From positions 88,534 to 113,473 of the IMG/VR virus record IMGVR_UViG_3300043811_000163: 24,940 bases of DNA; one strand, given 5' to 3'. The translations under genes and the position numbers were made by a program. Within the stretch, counting starts at the first letter, position 1; the number at the start of each line of letters is the position of its first letter. The notes below the pieces were generated by a model. The model saw only the letters and a list, made by a program, of their open reading frames with translations. It was not told the origin of the DNA and did not search any database. This document shows positions 9,015-16,711 of this stretch, piece by piece. Source of the DNA: a virus.

Positions 9015-9152
9015 ATGAAAAGCAATCTGCAATGGTTTCTGCGGTGTCCCTTGTGGGCGACATGCTGGTTTTTGACCGGTCGGCCATGGTCGCACTGGTT
9101 CAATTTCTGGGGTGATCCTGGGAGCGGACCTTGCCCTACGTGCGGCAAATGA
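9015..9152 (+). CDS. small Trp/Cys-rich protein (45 aa, below ORF-track cutoff)
   Basis: AGGAG RBS, ATG 9015, MKSNLQWFLRC...CPTCGK; ATGA overlap with the next gene. Confidence 0.5.
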   Translation: MKSNLQWFLRCPLWATCWFLTGRPWSHWFNFWGDPGSGPCPTCGK

Positions 9153-9397
9153 ACGCGACCGTCCAAGGTGGCTGCGTCTTTTGCGTCGTCGAGGTCAGTG
9201 TACCTCCGCAAATCACTCGAGACGAGTTCATGATGCTCTACGGCTATCGCGTGTGCGCCGTACATCAAGCGACCAATTTCATGCCGTTCTGCCCGAGGCA
9301 CGACACCATGATCAAGGAGATCATGCAGCGACTCAAGGAACGCGGAGCCGAACTCGTTGCGGCCAACGATACGGGACAGGGTACGACTCCGTCATGA
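9149..9397 (+). CDS. hypothetical protein
   Basis: ATGA overlaps at both ends; CVFC and CPRH motifs. Confidence 0.55.
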   Translation: MNATVQGGCVFCVVEVSVPPQITRDEFMMLYGYRVCAVHQATNFMPFCPRHDTMIKEIMQRLKERGAELVAANDTGQGTTPS

Positions 9398-10896
9398 GCA
9401 CGGGCGGCTTTCTCGGCATGCGATTCGATTCGGCCACGCAGATGCAGATGGACCCGAAAGTCGAGGTCGAATTTCTGCGCGCGAGGCTCAAGGAAATGGA
9501 AGCCGTCTTCCAAATGGCCCAACAGAAGCCGCAGCGCCGCGCGATCGTGCTCGAGGTGAGGCAAGACAAGACGACGATCGCGATCGGTCCGCACGTCGAA
9601 GAGGTGGCCACACCGACTCGGATCCCGGATCTCGGATGCGGCGACATCGTGCACATTCTGCCCGACAGCGAAGGCATTCTCGATCGCATCGAGGACTCGC
9701 CGTTGACGGGGCCCATCATGCGTGTGGTACGAAGGATCGACGATCGCTACATCGAGGCCGAGGGACGAAGCGGCGTTCGCGTGATTTCGCTCGCCGGCAA
9801 GCACGACCCGCAAGAAGGGGATCGCGTCATCCTCGATGGGGCCGCGCAGATCTGCGTTCGCATCGTGGACCGCGCCCACGCCGTCAAGGTCGATGCGCGA
9901 GCCATCGAGACCGGAGTGACCTGGGACGACATCGGGGGCCAGGACGAGGCCAAGAAAGCGCTGCGCGAGGCCATCGAGGGCGTCGTGCTCGATGCGGACA
10001 GGTACAAGCGGTACCGCAAGCGCATGCCGAAGGGCGCGCTCTTGGTGGGACCGCCAGGCTGCGGCAAATCGCTTTTCGCGAAGGCAGCAGCGACCGCGAT
10101 TGCGGAGCTGCACGGCAAAGCCTCGGCCGCGACCGGGTTCCAGCACGTCAAGGGCCCCGAGATCCTGCAGAAGTTCGTCGGGGAATCCGAGCAGGCCGTG
10201 CGCGATCTCTTCGAGACGGCAAGAGAGCACAAGAAGCGTCACGGCTATCCGAGCATCATCTGCCTGGACGAAGCCGACGCGCTGCTTGCCGCCAGGGGTC
10301 GCGCGAGGATGGAAGGCATGGAGAAAACGATCGTGCCGGCTTTCCTGACCGAGATGGACGGGATTGAGGACTCGGGCGCGTTCGTTCTTTTGCTCACGAA
10401 TCGGCCGGACATTCTGGACTCGGCTGTGGTCCGCGAAAAGCGATGCGATCTCAAGATCCACGTGGGACGGCCGGACAAGAAACAGGCCGCGGAGATCTTG
10501 CGGCTGCATCTGAAAGACGTGCCGATCTCGATCGACCTCGACGATGAAGACGACCGGCTCGCGGTGGGCGCGGGCGTAGCGTCCGACGAGCTCTTCTCTC
10601 CGCGTCACGGGATCTACGTCGTGCGCACCCGCAGCGCGCGCGCCGACAAGCGACTGAACCTCTCGCATTTCGTCTCGGGGGCCATGTGCGAAGGCTTGGT
10701 CGAGAAGGCGAAAGAGCAGGCCATCCGACGAGAACGCGAGACCGGCAAGGAATCGGGCATCACGTCGGACGATCTGGCGAAAGCCGCGGACCTTCTCTGC
10801 AATGAGCACCGCATCACGGATCATCCAATGGAGCTCGACGAGATCGCGCGCGAGTTCAAGGAAGACCTCAAATCGATCGACCGGGTGAAGCCGTGA
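9394..10896 (+). CDS. ARC/Mpa-like AAA+ ATPase
   Basis: coiled coil and OB-like N-region; VTWDDIGG, GPPGCGKS, KGPEILQKFVGESE, CLDEAD, TIVPAFLTEMDG, TNRPDILD and SGAM motifs parallel proteasomal ARC/Mpa. Confidence 0.85.
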   Translation: MSTGGFLGMRFDSATQMQMDPKVEVEFLRARLKEMEAVFQMAQQKPQRRAIVLEVRQDKTTIAIGPHVEEVATPTRIPDLGCGDIVHILPDSEGILDRIEDSPLTGPIMRVVRRIDDRYIEAEGRSGVRVISLAGKHDPQEGDRVILDGAAQICVRIVDRAHAVKVDARAIETGVTWDDIGGQDEAKKALREAIEGVVLDADRYKRYRKRMPKGALLVGPPGCGKSLFAKAAATAIAELHGKASAATGFQHVKGPEILQKFVGESEQAVRDLFETAREHKKRHGYPSIICLDEADALLAARGRARMEGMEKTIVPAFLTEMDGIEDSGAFVLLLTNRPDILDSAVVREKRCDLKIHVGRPDKKQAAEILRLHLKDVPISIDLDDEDDRLAVGAGVASDELFSPRHGIYVVRTRSARADKRLNLSHFVSGAMCEGLVEKAKEQAIRRERETGKESGITSDDLAKAADLLCNEHRITDHPMELDEIAREFKEDLKSIDRVKP

Positions 10897-11117
10897 AGTA
10901 TACGCTGGGCCCGGACGAGATCTCGGCGGCACTCGCGAGCTACGTCATGAACAAGCCGCATCCGACGCCGACTCCGGACGGCACCGAGCGTCGACTCGAG
11001 GTGACGACGGAATGGACTATCATCACATCGGGCGGCAACGTCTGCGAAATCAAGTCGGTGTCGGTCGAGATCCAAGAGAAGCCGCCATGTGCATCTTCGA
11101 AGACATCGAGAAAGTGA
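10893..11117 (+). CDS. hypothetical protein
   Basis: GTGA overlap with the ATPase stop. Confidence 0.55.
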   Translation: MKYTLGPDEISAALASYVMNKPHPTPTPDGTERRLEVTTEWTIITSGGNVCEIKSVSVEIQEKPPCASSKTSRK

Positions 11118-11833
11118 GCGTACCAGTGCCTCGAAGCCATGACAAACTCGCGCGGACGATGCTCGAGAACATCGCTTCGCGCCTCTCTCTGCATGGTTTC
11201 CCGCAACCGTTCACGCCGATGGTTCGCGCACTCGTCGACGAGATCGCGGTACAGATTGGGAAACAGCGCGAGATGAACTGCTCCGACTGCGCTGACAAAC
11301 GGCTCATCATCGATCGACTGGTCGACGAATTGAACAAAACCATTCGGGATGGATCGCGCGCATCCGATAACGATTGGCGCCGTGAGGTCGTAGACGCGCT
11401 GGGCGTTCCTGATGTGGCACACGTCGTCCAAGCCATCGCTTCGTTGAAGGAGCGAAGCCAATGCCTATCGGACGTCGCAGATGCCTTGGGCCTCGGACGC
11501 GGCGCGCGCTCGGAAGCCGTGCTCAAGCAGGCCAAGGACGTCTATGCAGCGGTGTTCTTACGAAATGACGCCGCCGACAAGGCTTGGCGCGCTCGCGAAG
11601 AGGCGCTCGTTCGCGCCGAGGAGCTCGAAGAGCGGCTCGAGGCCGAGCGCGCCGCATCAGGCGCGGACCTCGACGATCAGACCCGAATCTTCCGAGAGGC
11701 GATTCGCGCGGACGCGACCGTCAAGATCGAGTTTCCGAAGTGCATCTGCAAGATCCACTATTCGGACCACGGCGCTGTCAATGTCAAAGAGGTCGTCGAA
11801 GGCTGCCTCGTGCACGGAGGTACAAGAAAGTAA
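11114..11833 (+). CDS. hypothetical coiled-coil protein
   Basis: in-frame GTG overlapping the upstream stop; start uncertain (11087 possible). Confidence 0.6.
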   Translation: MSVPVPRSHDKLARTMLENIASRLSLHGFPQPFTPMVRALVDEIAVQIGKQREMNCSDCADKRLIIDRLVDELNKTIRDGSRASDNDWRREVVDALGVPDVAHVVQAIASLKERSQCLSDVADALGLGRGARSEAVLKQAKDVYAAVFLRNDAADKAWRAREEALVRAEELEERLEAERAASGADLDDQTRIFREAIRADATVKIEFPKCICKIHYSDHGAVNVKEVVEGCLVHGGTRK

Positions 11834-12234
11834 TGGATCGGGTGAGCATGGAGGAAACTTTTCGCCGGAACCAGCACGAGGCGTTTATGCGGTCTTTGCC
11901 TGACAGCGTTCGAGCGAGCGCCGAAGAAACGTATCGAATACACGGCGAGTTCATCCGTCAGATCACGATCGCTGAGACCGCGACGACGCCCAAAGAAGCG
12001 CTGGAAGCGGCGCGGTGGATCGCGGGACACGTGACCGAGGTAGCCTACCAAATGTGCATGGTGCGCGGATGGGAACGAAGCTGGCTGGAACGCAATCCGC
12101 CGCTACAGTCCGTACGACTATCGGATCTAACGGTAGACGCCCGCGAACATTTCGCTGGCGTGCCGATCCCGCAAGCCGCAGCGCCGGCACCACCGAACAC
12201 CGCGAACGGGCCGAAGAAGGGAATCGATCGGTGA
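11833..12234 (+). CDS. hypothetical protein
   Basis: TAATG overlap. Confidence 0.6.
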   Translation: MDRVSMEETFRRNQHEAFMRSLPDSVRASAEETYRIHGEFIRQITIAETATTPKEALEAARWIAGHVTEVAYQMCMVRGWERSWLERNPPLQSVRLSDLTVDAREHFAGVPIPQAAAPAPPNTANGPKKGIDR

Positions 12235-12376
12235 TCGTCCAGCACGCTCCGGATTGCGTAGGCACGCAGTGCGGTCCCGACGTAGAATTCACATGCGTGG
12301 GCCACGTCGCAAGGACGGCCTGTCAAGTACCGGCAGCTTGCTGGAGAATGGACGTCTGGCTGAGGCAACGAAAGTC

Positions 12377-12404
12377 TTGACCCGGCATCGGACCCTGCTA
12401 CGTT
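12377..12404 (+). promoter_or_regulatory. sigma70-type promoter of the tRNA region
   Basis: TTGACC (12377-12382), 16 bp, TGc-TACGTT extended -10 (12399-12404). Confidence 0.55.
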
Positions 12405-12417
12405 CACCTCGTCAGCC

Positions 12418-12549
12418 ATGAGAACGATCGTCCTCAAGCGCGAAACAGCCCAGCGGAAATGGTCCGCGGCGTATTCGTGCGTCTTTGGGACCATCGATAC
12501 GCATGCGTCAGCCCTCCCCGCGAGCAATCCAGTGGAGGGCAGTATGTAG
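12418..12549 (+). CDS. putative leader peptide (43 aa, all 20 amino acids)
   Basis: MRTIVLKRETAQRKWSAAYSCVFGTIDTHASALPASNPVEGSM*; stop abuts the antiterminator arm. Confidence 0.7.
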   Translation: MRTIVLKRETAQRKWSAAYSCVFGTIDTHASALPASNPVEGSM

Positions 12550-12617
12550 GGACGGCGCGTAGAGAGACTTCCTGAAGCGCCGTCCCGAAACTCGAGACCG
12601 GCGCTTTTCGCATTTCT
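12549..12617 (+). terminator. attenuator: competing antiterminator and intrinsic terminator
   Basis: GGGACGGCGC (12549-12558) is the perfect complement of GCGCCGTCCC (12577-12586); alternatively AAGCGCCG (12575-12582) pairs CGGCGCTT (12599-12606) with a T-rich tail. Confidence 0.7.
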
Positions 12618-12695
12618 GGGGCTCGAAAGAGCATGGTGCTCAAGCGGACTGTAACCCCGCGGCTTCGGCGAGCTGTTCGATTCAGCCGGGCCCCA
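12618..12695 (+). tRNA. tRNA-Tyr(GTA)
   Basis: GGGGCTC/GGGCCCC acceptor, loop CTGTAAC, TTCGATT T-loop. Confidence 0.7.
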
Positions 12696-12763
12696 CTGGA
12701 GAGAGACGATGGAACGCAGACTCAAACGCAAGCGCGCGCCGAGCAAGCCGGCGCAGAAATCGA

Positions 12764-12836
12764 GGGCCCGAAGCTCAATGGGATGAGCAGCGGATTTTTA
12801 TCCCGCGCGACGTCGGTTCGAATCCGACCGGGCTCA
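12764..12836 (+). tRNA. tRNA-Lys(TTT)
   Basis: GGGCCCG/CGGGCTC, loop TTTTTAT, GGTTCGAATCC. Confidence 0.8.
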
Positions 12837-12843
12837 CGACTAC

Positions 12844-12914
12844 GAATCCGTAGTTCAACGGCAGAACGGTCGGCCCTTACCCGATTCATGAGCGTTCGAT
12901 TCGCTCCGGATTCA
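12844..12914 (+). tRNA. tRNA-Lys(CTT)
   Basis: GAATCCG/CGGATTC, loop CCCTTAC. Confidence 0.8.
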
Positions 12915-12915
12915 C

Positions 12916-12986
12916 TGGCGCTTCGTCCAACGGTAGGACAGCGGTTTCTGACACCGTCAATCAGCGTTCGATTCGCTGAGCGCCAA
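12916..12986 (+). tRNA. tRNA-Gln(CTG)
   Basis: TGGCGCT/AGCGCCA, loop TTCTGAC. Confidence 0.85.
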
Positions 12987-13123
12987 CCGCGGCATCCGTT
13001 TCGGTGCCACGATCCTTGACAACCCCGAGCGATGCACTCGGACCGAACGAGCATGACGGCGACCCGAACGGGCGCGGCGGTCTCCTCGTGTGACGCGGCG
13101 CGGGGTAGTTGACCGCGTCTTTT

Positions 13124-13194
13124 TCCGGTGGCGCCTAATGGTGGGCACTCGGTTGTTGCCCGAGACTAAAGGAGTTCGATTCTCTTCGCCGGAG
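13124..13194 (+). tRNA. tRNA-Asn(GTT)
   Basis: TCCGGTG/CGCCGGA-G, loop TTGTTGC. Confidence 0.8.
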
Positions 13195-13210
13195 CGGATA
13201 CAATGTAGCG

Positions 13211-13603
13211 ATGAAGAACGGTCCGTACGAGCTAGTGAAAGCGCCTGCGGAATACCCTGGCTTCAAGTACCGCGGCAGGTACGTGTACGAGCATCATCTC
13301 GTATGGTGGCAGAACACGGGCGAGGTAGTTCCGACCGACGCAGACTACCTGATCCACCACAAGAATCACGATCGAAGGGACAACGCGTTCTCGAATCTCG
13401 AGAAAAAGCAACGCGGTGCTCATACGCGAGAACACATTCTTGAATCGAGAGCGGCCAAGACAGTGGTCGTTCAGTGTGGCTGGTGCAGCCGCGACGTCGT
13501 GAAGTTTGAGCGTGTCGTGCGTCGCCAACAGAAACGAGGTCAGAGAGTATTTTTCTGTTGCGCTTCACACGGGACCAAGTATCAGTTCAACGGTCCGAGA
13601 TAA
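13211..13603 (+). CDS. HNH homing-type endonuclease
   Basis: YVYEHHLVW...IHHKNHDRRDNAFSNLE; C-terminal CGWC...FCC. Confidence 0.85.
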   Translation: MKNGPYELVKAPAEYPGFKYRGRYVYEHHLVWWQNTGEVVPTDADYLIHHKNHDRRDNAFSNLEKKQRGAHTREHILESRAAKTVVVQCGWCSRDVVKFERVVRRQQKRGQRVFFCCASHGTKYQFNGPR

Positions 13604-13672
13604 GCTGGATCGCGTCCGGGACCAACGCTGTTTCGTACTCAGCGCAGGGGAGTCCGACTCTCCCATCCAGCT
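13604..13672 (+). tRNA. tRNA-Thr(CGT)-like, degenerate
   Basis: GCTGGAT/ATCCAGC acceptor, loop TTCGTAC, weak D arm, TCCGACT T-loop. Confidence 0.55.
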
Positions 13673-13717
13673 CTGACCCATGCCCGCCCACGTGGCGAGC
13701 CGAAAAGGAGAACGAAA

Positions 13718-15361
13718 ATGCGATACGCACAGCATTTCAACCCGTACTCGACGCCGCAGAGTGAATCGGCGAAGCCGGGTCAAGTCGAAAACTCTGCCGG
13801 CGGCTACGTGTTCGCGGTCGACAAGTGGACGCAGCTCGATCGGTTTCTCATCCTCGGATGCGAGGGCAACACGTACTACGCGAGCGAGTACGAGATGACG
13901 CGCGACAACGCGAAGAACGTGCTCGCGTGCATCGACGAAGACGGAGCTCGCGCGGTGGCTCGCATCGTCGAAATCAGCCACGCGGGACGAGCCCCGAAGA
14001 ACGATGCTGCAGTATTTGCACTGGCGCTCGCTGCATCCGCAGAGAAGCCGGAGACGCGGGCCGCTGCGCTCGCGGCCCTGCCGAAGGTCTGCAGGATCGG
14101 CACGCATCTCTTTCAGTTCGTCGATGCGGTGCAAGGCTTCCGCGGATGGGGGCCCGGTCTCTGCAAAGCGATCGGCAAGTGGTACACGGATCGATCGCCG
14201 GCCTCGCTCGCGAACCAAGTGCTCAAGTACCAATCGCGCGAGAAGTGGTCGCACAAGGACGTGCTTCGACTCTCGCACCCGTCGGTCTCGAGTCTGGAGC
14301 ACGCGGCCATCTTCGAATGGGTTCGGGCAGGCATGTCGGGCTTCGAGGCGCGCGAGGTCGCTCGAAAGAGCGCTGGACGCGTGGACAAGTACGAGCCGGC
14401 GAATCGGGAGGCGCTTCCGAAGCTGCTCTCGGCATACGAAGAGATGAAGGCGGCGAAGTTCACCAAGGACGTCGTCAAGCTGATCGTCGATCACGGCTTC
14501 ACGCGCGAGATGGTGCCGACCCAGCACTTGAATTCGCCGGAAGTCTGGGAAGCGATGCTCATCGACATGCCGATGACGGCGATGATCCGCAATCTCGGCA
14601 AGATGAGCTCGATCGGAGTCATCAAGCCGCTGTCGAATGCGGCCATGAAGGTGGCGGCGTCCCTCGGAGATCGAGACGCACTGAAGAAGGCGCGCGTTCA
14701 CCCGATCGCGCTGCTCTCGGCGCTCAAGGTCTACGAGCAGGGTCACGGTGAAAAAGGCAAGCTCTCGTGGACGGCCGAACGGAGCGTCGTCGATGCGCTC
14801 AACGAAGCCTTCTATCTCGCCTTCGACCACCTCGAACCGACGGGCAAAAACTGGCTCATCGCGGTCGACATCTCCGGCTCGATGGCCGCGGGAAACATCG
14901 CGGGCATGCCGGGGCTCACTCCGCGTGAGGCCGCAGCGGCCATGGCGATGGTCACGGCGCGAACCGAGAAGAACTGGCACGCGATCGGCTTCACGCAGCG
15001 GGTCGTGCCGATCACGATCTCGCCGAAGCAGCGTCTCGACGACGTCGTGCGAGCCATCAGCCAGAACGTCGGAGAGCAGACCGACGCGGCGCAGCCGATG
15101 CTGTATGCGGCGCGCGAGAAGCTGGGCGTAGACGCATTCGCGCTCTACACCGACAACGAGACCTGGGCCGGCGCGATTCATCCGTTTCAGGCTCTTCAGC
15201 AGTACCGGCAGAAGCTGGGTCGCCACCAGTCCAAGTGCATGGCGGTCGCCATGACCGCGACGCGATTCAGTATCGCGGATCCAAGCGATGCGGGGATGCT
15301 CGACGTCGTAGGTTTTGACGCGGCGACGCCTCAAATCATGGCCGACTTCGCGAGGGCTTGA
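13718..15361 (+). CDS. rsr: Ro60/TROVE-domain RNA-binding protein
   Basis: QVENSAGGYVF, LDRFLILG, KYQSREKWSHKDVLRLSHP, MPMTAMIRNLGKM, vWA MIDAS DISGSM, TDNET, LDVVGFD; AAGGAG RBS. Confidence 0.95.
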   Translation: MRYAQHFNPYSTPQSESAKPGQVENSAGGYVFAVDKWTQLDRFLILGCEGNTYYASEYEMTRDNAKNVLACIDEDGARAVARIVEISHAGRAPKNDAAVFALALAASAEKPETRAAALAALPKVCRIGTHLFQFVDAVQGFRGWGPGLCKAIGKWYTDRSPASLANQVLKYQSREKWSHKDVLRLSHPSVSSLEHAAIFEWVRAGMSGFEAREVARKSAGRVDKYEPANREALPKLLSAYEEMKAAKFTKDVVKLIVDHGFTREMVPTQHLNSPEVWEAMLIDMPMTAMIRNLGKMSSIGVIKPLSNAAMKVAASLGDRDALKKARVHPIALLSALKVYEQGHGEKGKLSWTAERSVVDALNEAFYLAFDHLEPTGKNWLIAVDISGSMAAGNIAGMPGLTPREAAAAMAMVTARTEKNWHAIGFTQRVVPITISPKQRLDDVVRAISQNVGEQTDAAQPMLYAAREKLGVDAFALYTDNETWAGAIHPFQALQQYRQKLGRHQSKCMAVAMTATRFSIADPSDAGMLDVVGFDAATPQIMADFARA

Positions 15362-15396
15362 CCCGCGCGAGTCGATATGCGATAGAGAGTGTCGGA

Positions 15397-15455
15397 CGCC
15401 AGCCGATTGGCGAGGGTTACCTTGTACGTGCCCCTCGACACACACCATGCCGGCG
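15397..15455 (+). ncRNA. Y-RNA-like element A
   Basis: GCCGATTGG-CGAGGG-TTAC...CCCTCG-N7-CCATG, closing stem CGCCAGC/GCCGGCG; directly after Ro60. Confidence 0.55.
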
Positions 15456-15457
15456 TT

Positions 15458-15526
15458 TGAACCGAATGGAACAGCGTTACCCCCATTTAGGAATCCACGC
15501 TGATCCGATACCATGTCCGTGTTTCA
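15458..15526 (+). ncRNA. Y-RNA-like element B
   Basis: ACCGAATGG-AA-CAGCG-TTAC...CGCTG-N8-CCATG; same layout as A with a different but paired stem. Confidence 0.55.
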
Positions 15527-15529
15527 TTT

Positions 15530-15664
15530 GCCGTCCGTAGCTCAGTTGGTAGAGCGGCAGAGGCGAAAGCCTTTCGTTCTTCAATCCCATGCTCGCGCAA
15601 GCGAGCCGCATGCGGAACGTTACCATGGATCTGTAGGTCGGTGGTTCGAATCCACCCGGCGGCA
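15530..15664 (+). ncRNA. tRNA-like RNA whose anticodon arm is replaced by a Y-RNA-like domain
   Basis: canonical D arm TAGCTCAGTTGGTAGAGC, T arm GGTGGTTCGAATCCACC, acceptor GCCG(T)CCG/CGGCGGC; insert carries CGTTC-N7-CCATG then GCCGCATGC-GGAACG-TTAC. Confidence 0.7.
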
Positions 15665-15669
15665 CTCTT

Positions 15670-15745
15670 GTCCCATTCGTCTAGTGGTCCAGGACCCGAG
15701 CCTCTCGAGCTCGCGACAAGCGTTCGATTCGCTTATGGGACGCCA
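15670..15745 (+). tRNA. tRNA-Glu(CTC)
   Basis: GTCCCAT/ATGGGAC-G-CCA, loop CTCTCGA. Confidence 0.88.
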
Positions 15746-15746
15746 C

Positions 15747-15816
15747 GGCCCGTAACTGATGGTTTGGTGGCCTGCCCTTCAAGCAGGCAGCGGGAGTTCG
15801 ATTCTCCCACGGGTCA
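15747..15816 (+). tRNA. tRNA-Glu(TTC)
   Basis: GGCCCGT/ACGGGTC, loop CCTTCAA, degenerate D arm. Confidence 0.7.
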
Positions 15817-15956
15817 CCCCGCGATTGCTGGTGCCGGGATGTGAAGGTTGCGATGAGGAAGCCCGAGTTTTCTGATCCACGCGTGCACGGCGGATCGGTG
15901 CGGGAAGAGTCGTCGAGGACGCGCATCTCTCCGGTTCGATTCCGCGACGGGATTCC

Positions 15957-16032
15957 GCTGAGCGAGCAAGTCTGGTGATTGCGCCGGTCTGAAAAGCCGG
16001 ACAACTCCGTTCGATTCGGAGGCTCAGCACCA
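15957..16032 (+). tRNA. tRNA-Phe(GAA)
   Basis: GCTGAGC/GCTCAGC-A-CCA, loop CTGAAAA. Confidence 0.85.
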
Positions 16033-16101
16033 GGGTGTAGCGTAAAGGCTGCGCGCTCCGTTCGGGCCGGAGAGGAGGCGGATCGTTCCCGCCCACCCTG
16101 A
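16031..16101 (+). tRNA. tRNA-Pro(CGG)
   Basis: CAGGGTG/CACCCTG-A, loop TTCGGGC; overlaps the CCA of tRNA-Phe by 2 nt. Confidence 0.75.
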
Positions 16102-16106
16102 CTCAT

Positions 16107-16179
16107 GGTGTCCATGGTGTAGCGGTTGCACGCGTGATTGTGGCTCACGAAGAGACGAGTTCAACTCTCGCTGGACACC
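16107..16179 (+). tRNA. tRNA-His(GTG)
   Basis: G-1 plus GTGTCCA/TGGACAC-C73, loop TTGTGGC. Confidence 0.85.
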
Positions 16180-16184
16180 CAAAT

Positions 16185-16256
16185 CCCCTCGGCTCGCCGG
16201 ATGCGAGCGGCGCTTTCCTACAGCGCGCGGGCCGTGTTCGACTCACGGCGAGGGGA
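16185..16256 (+). tRNA. tRNA-Arg(CCT)
   Basis: CCCCTCG/CGAGGGG, loop TTCCTAC. Confidence 0.75.
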
Positions 16257-16262
16257 CGAATG

Positions 16263-16337
16263 GGCTCGTGACGCGATCAGCATCGCGACTGCACTGTCGA
16301 TGCAGCGAAATGGGGGCAGCACCCATACGAGCCGCCA
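16263..16337 (+). tRNA. tRNA-Asp(GTC)
   Basis: GGCTCGT/ACGAGCC-G-CCA, loop CTGTCGA, atypical T-loop GGCAGCA. Confidence 0.7.
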
Positions 16338-16338
16338 C

Positions 16339-16407
16339 GGGTTTCAGGTCATGGTGACCAATCGGATTCCAACACCGAAGGACAGCGTTCGATTCGCTGG
16401 AGACCCG
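16339..16407 (+). tRNA. tRNA-Trp(CCA)
   Basis: GGGTTTC/GAGACCC-G, loop TTCCAAC. Confidence 0.7.
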
Positions 16408-16411
16408 CTAC

Positions 16412-16481
16412 GGGGGTGTGCGACGGGCTCGCGGCCGATCCTTGCAAGATCGTGCATCTGGTTTCGATACCAGCACCTCCA
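16412..16481 (+). tRNA. tRNA-Ala(TGC)
   Basis: GGGGGTG/CACCTCC-A with the G3:U70 Ala identity pair, loop CTTGCAA. Confidence 0.8.
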
Positions 16482-16485
16482 CTTT

Positions 16486-16553
16486 GCCCATGTGCCATGG
16501 TGGCGGCCGTCCTCGGTAAGGACGTCTCGCGAGTTCGATCCTCGACGTGGGCT
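16486..16553 (+). tRNA. tRNA-Thr(GGT)
   Basis: GCCCATG/CGTGGGC, loop TCGGTAA. Confidence 0.7.
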
Positions 16554-16559
16554 CTATTC

Positions 16560-16630
16560 GCCGGTCGAAGCATCATGGTGATGCACTCGGCTTGTATCCG
16601 AGAGGTGCGGTTCGATTCCGACGACCGGCT
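16560..16630 (+). tRNA. tRNA-Thr(TGT)
   Basis: GCCGGTC/GACCGGC, loop CTTGTAT. Confidence 0.75.
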
Positions 16631-16635
16631 CTATT

Positions 16636-16706
16636 GCGACCATCGTCCAACGGTAAGACCGCTGACTTCCATTCAGCAGATGCCGATTCGATTTCGGCTG
16701 GTCGCT
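16636..16706 (+). tRNA. tRNA-Gly(TCC)
   Basis: GCGACCA/TGGTCGC-T, loop CTTCCAT. Confidence 0.82.
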
Positions 16707-16711
16707 CAAGT

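Noticed and set aside
9112-9393. N-terminal extension of the AAA ATPase
   Set aside because: Occupied by two overlapping small genes; ATG 9394 has an ATGA overlap
15358-15390. Promoter after Ro60 (TTGACC)
   Set aside because: No acceptable -10 at 16-18 bp
9265-15514. Long minus-strand ORFs 9265-10932 and 13565-15514
   Set aside because: Antisense to the ATPase and Ro60 genes; expected in GC-rich coding DNA
15530-15664. Intron-containing tRNA
   Set aside because: The insert is too short for a group I intron, no anticodon loop can be rebuilt by eye, and the insert instead resembles the adjacent Y-like units
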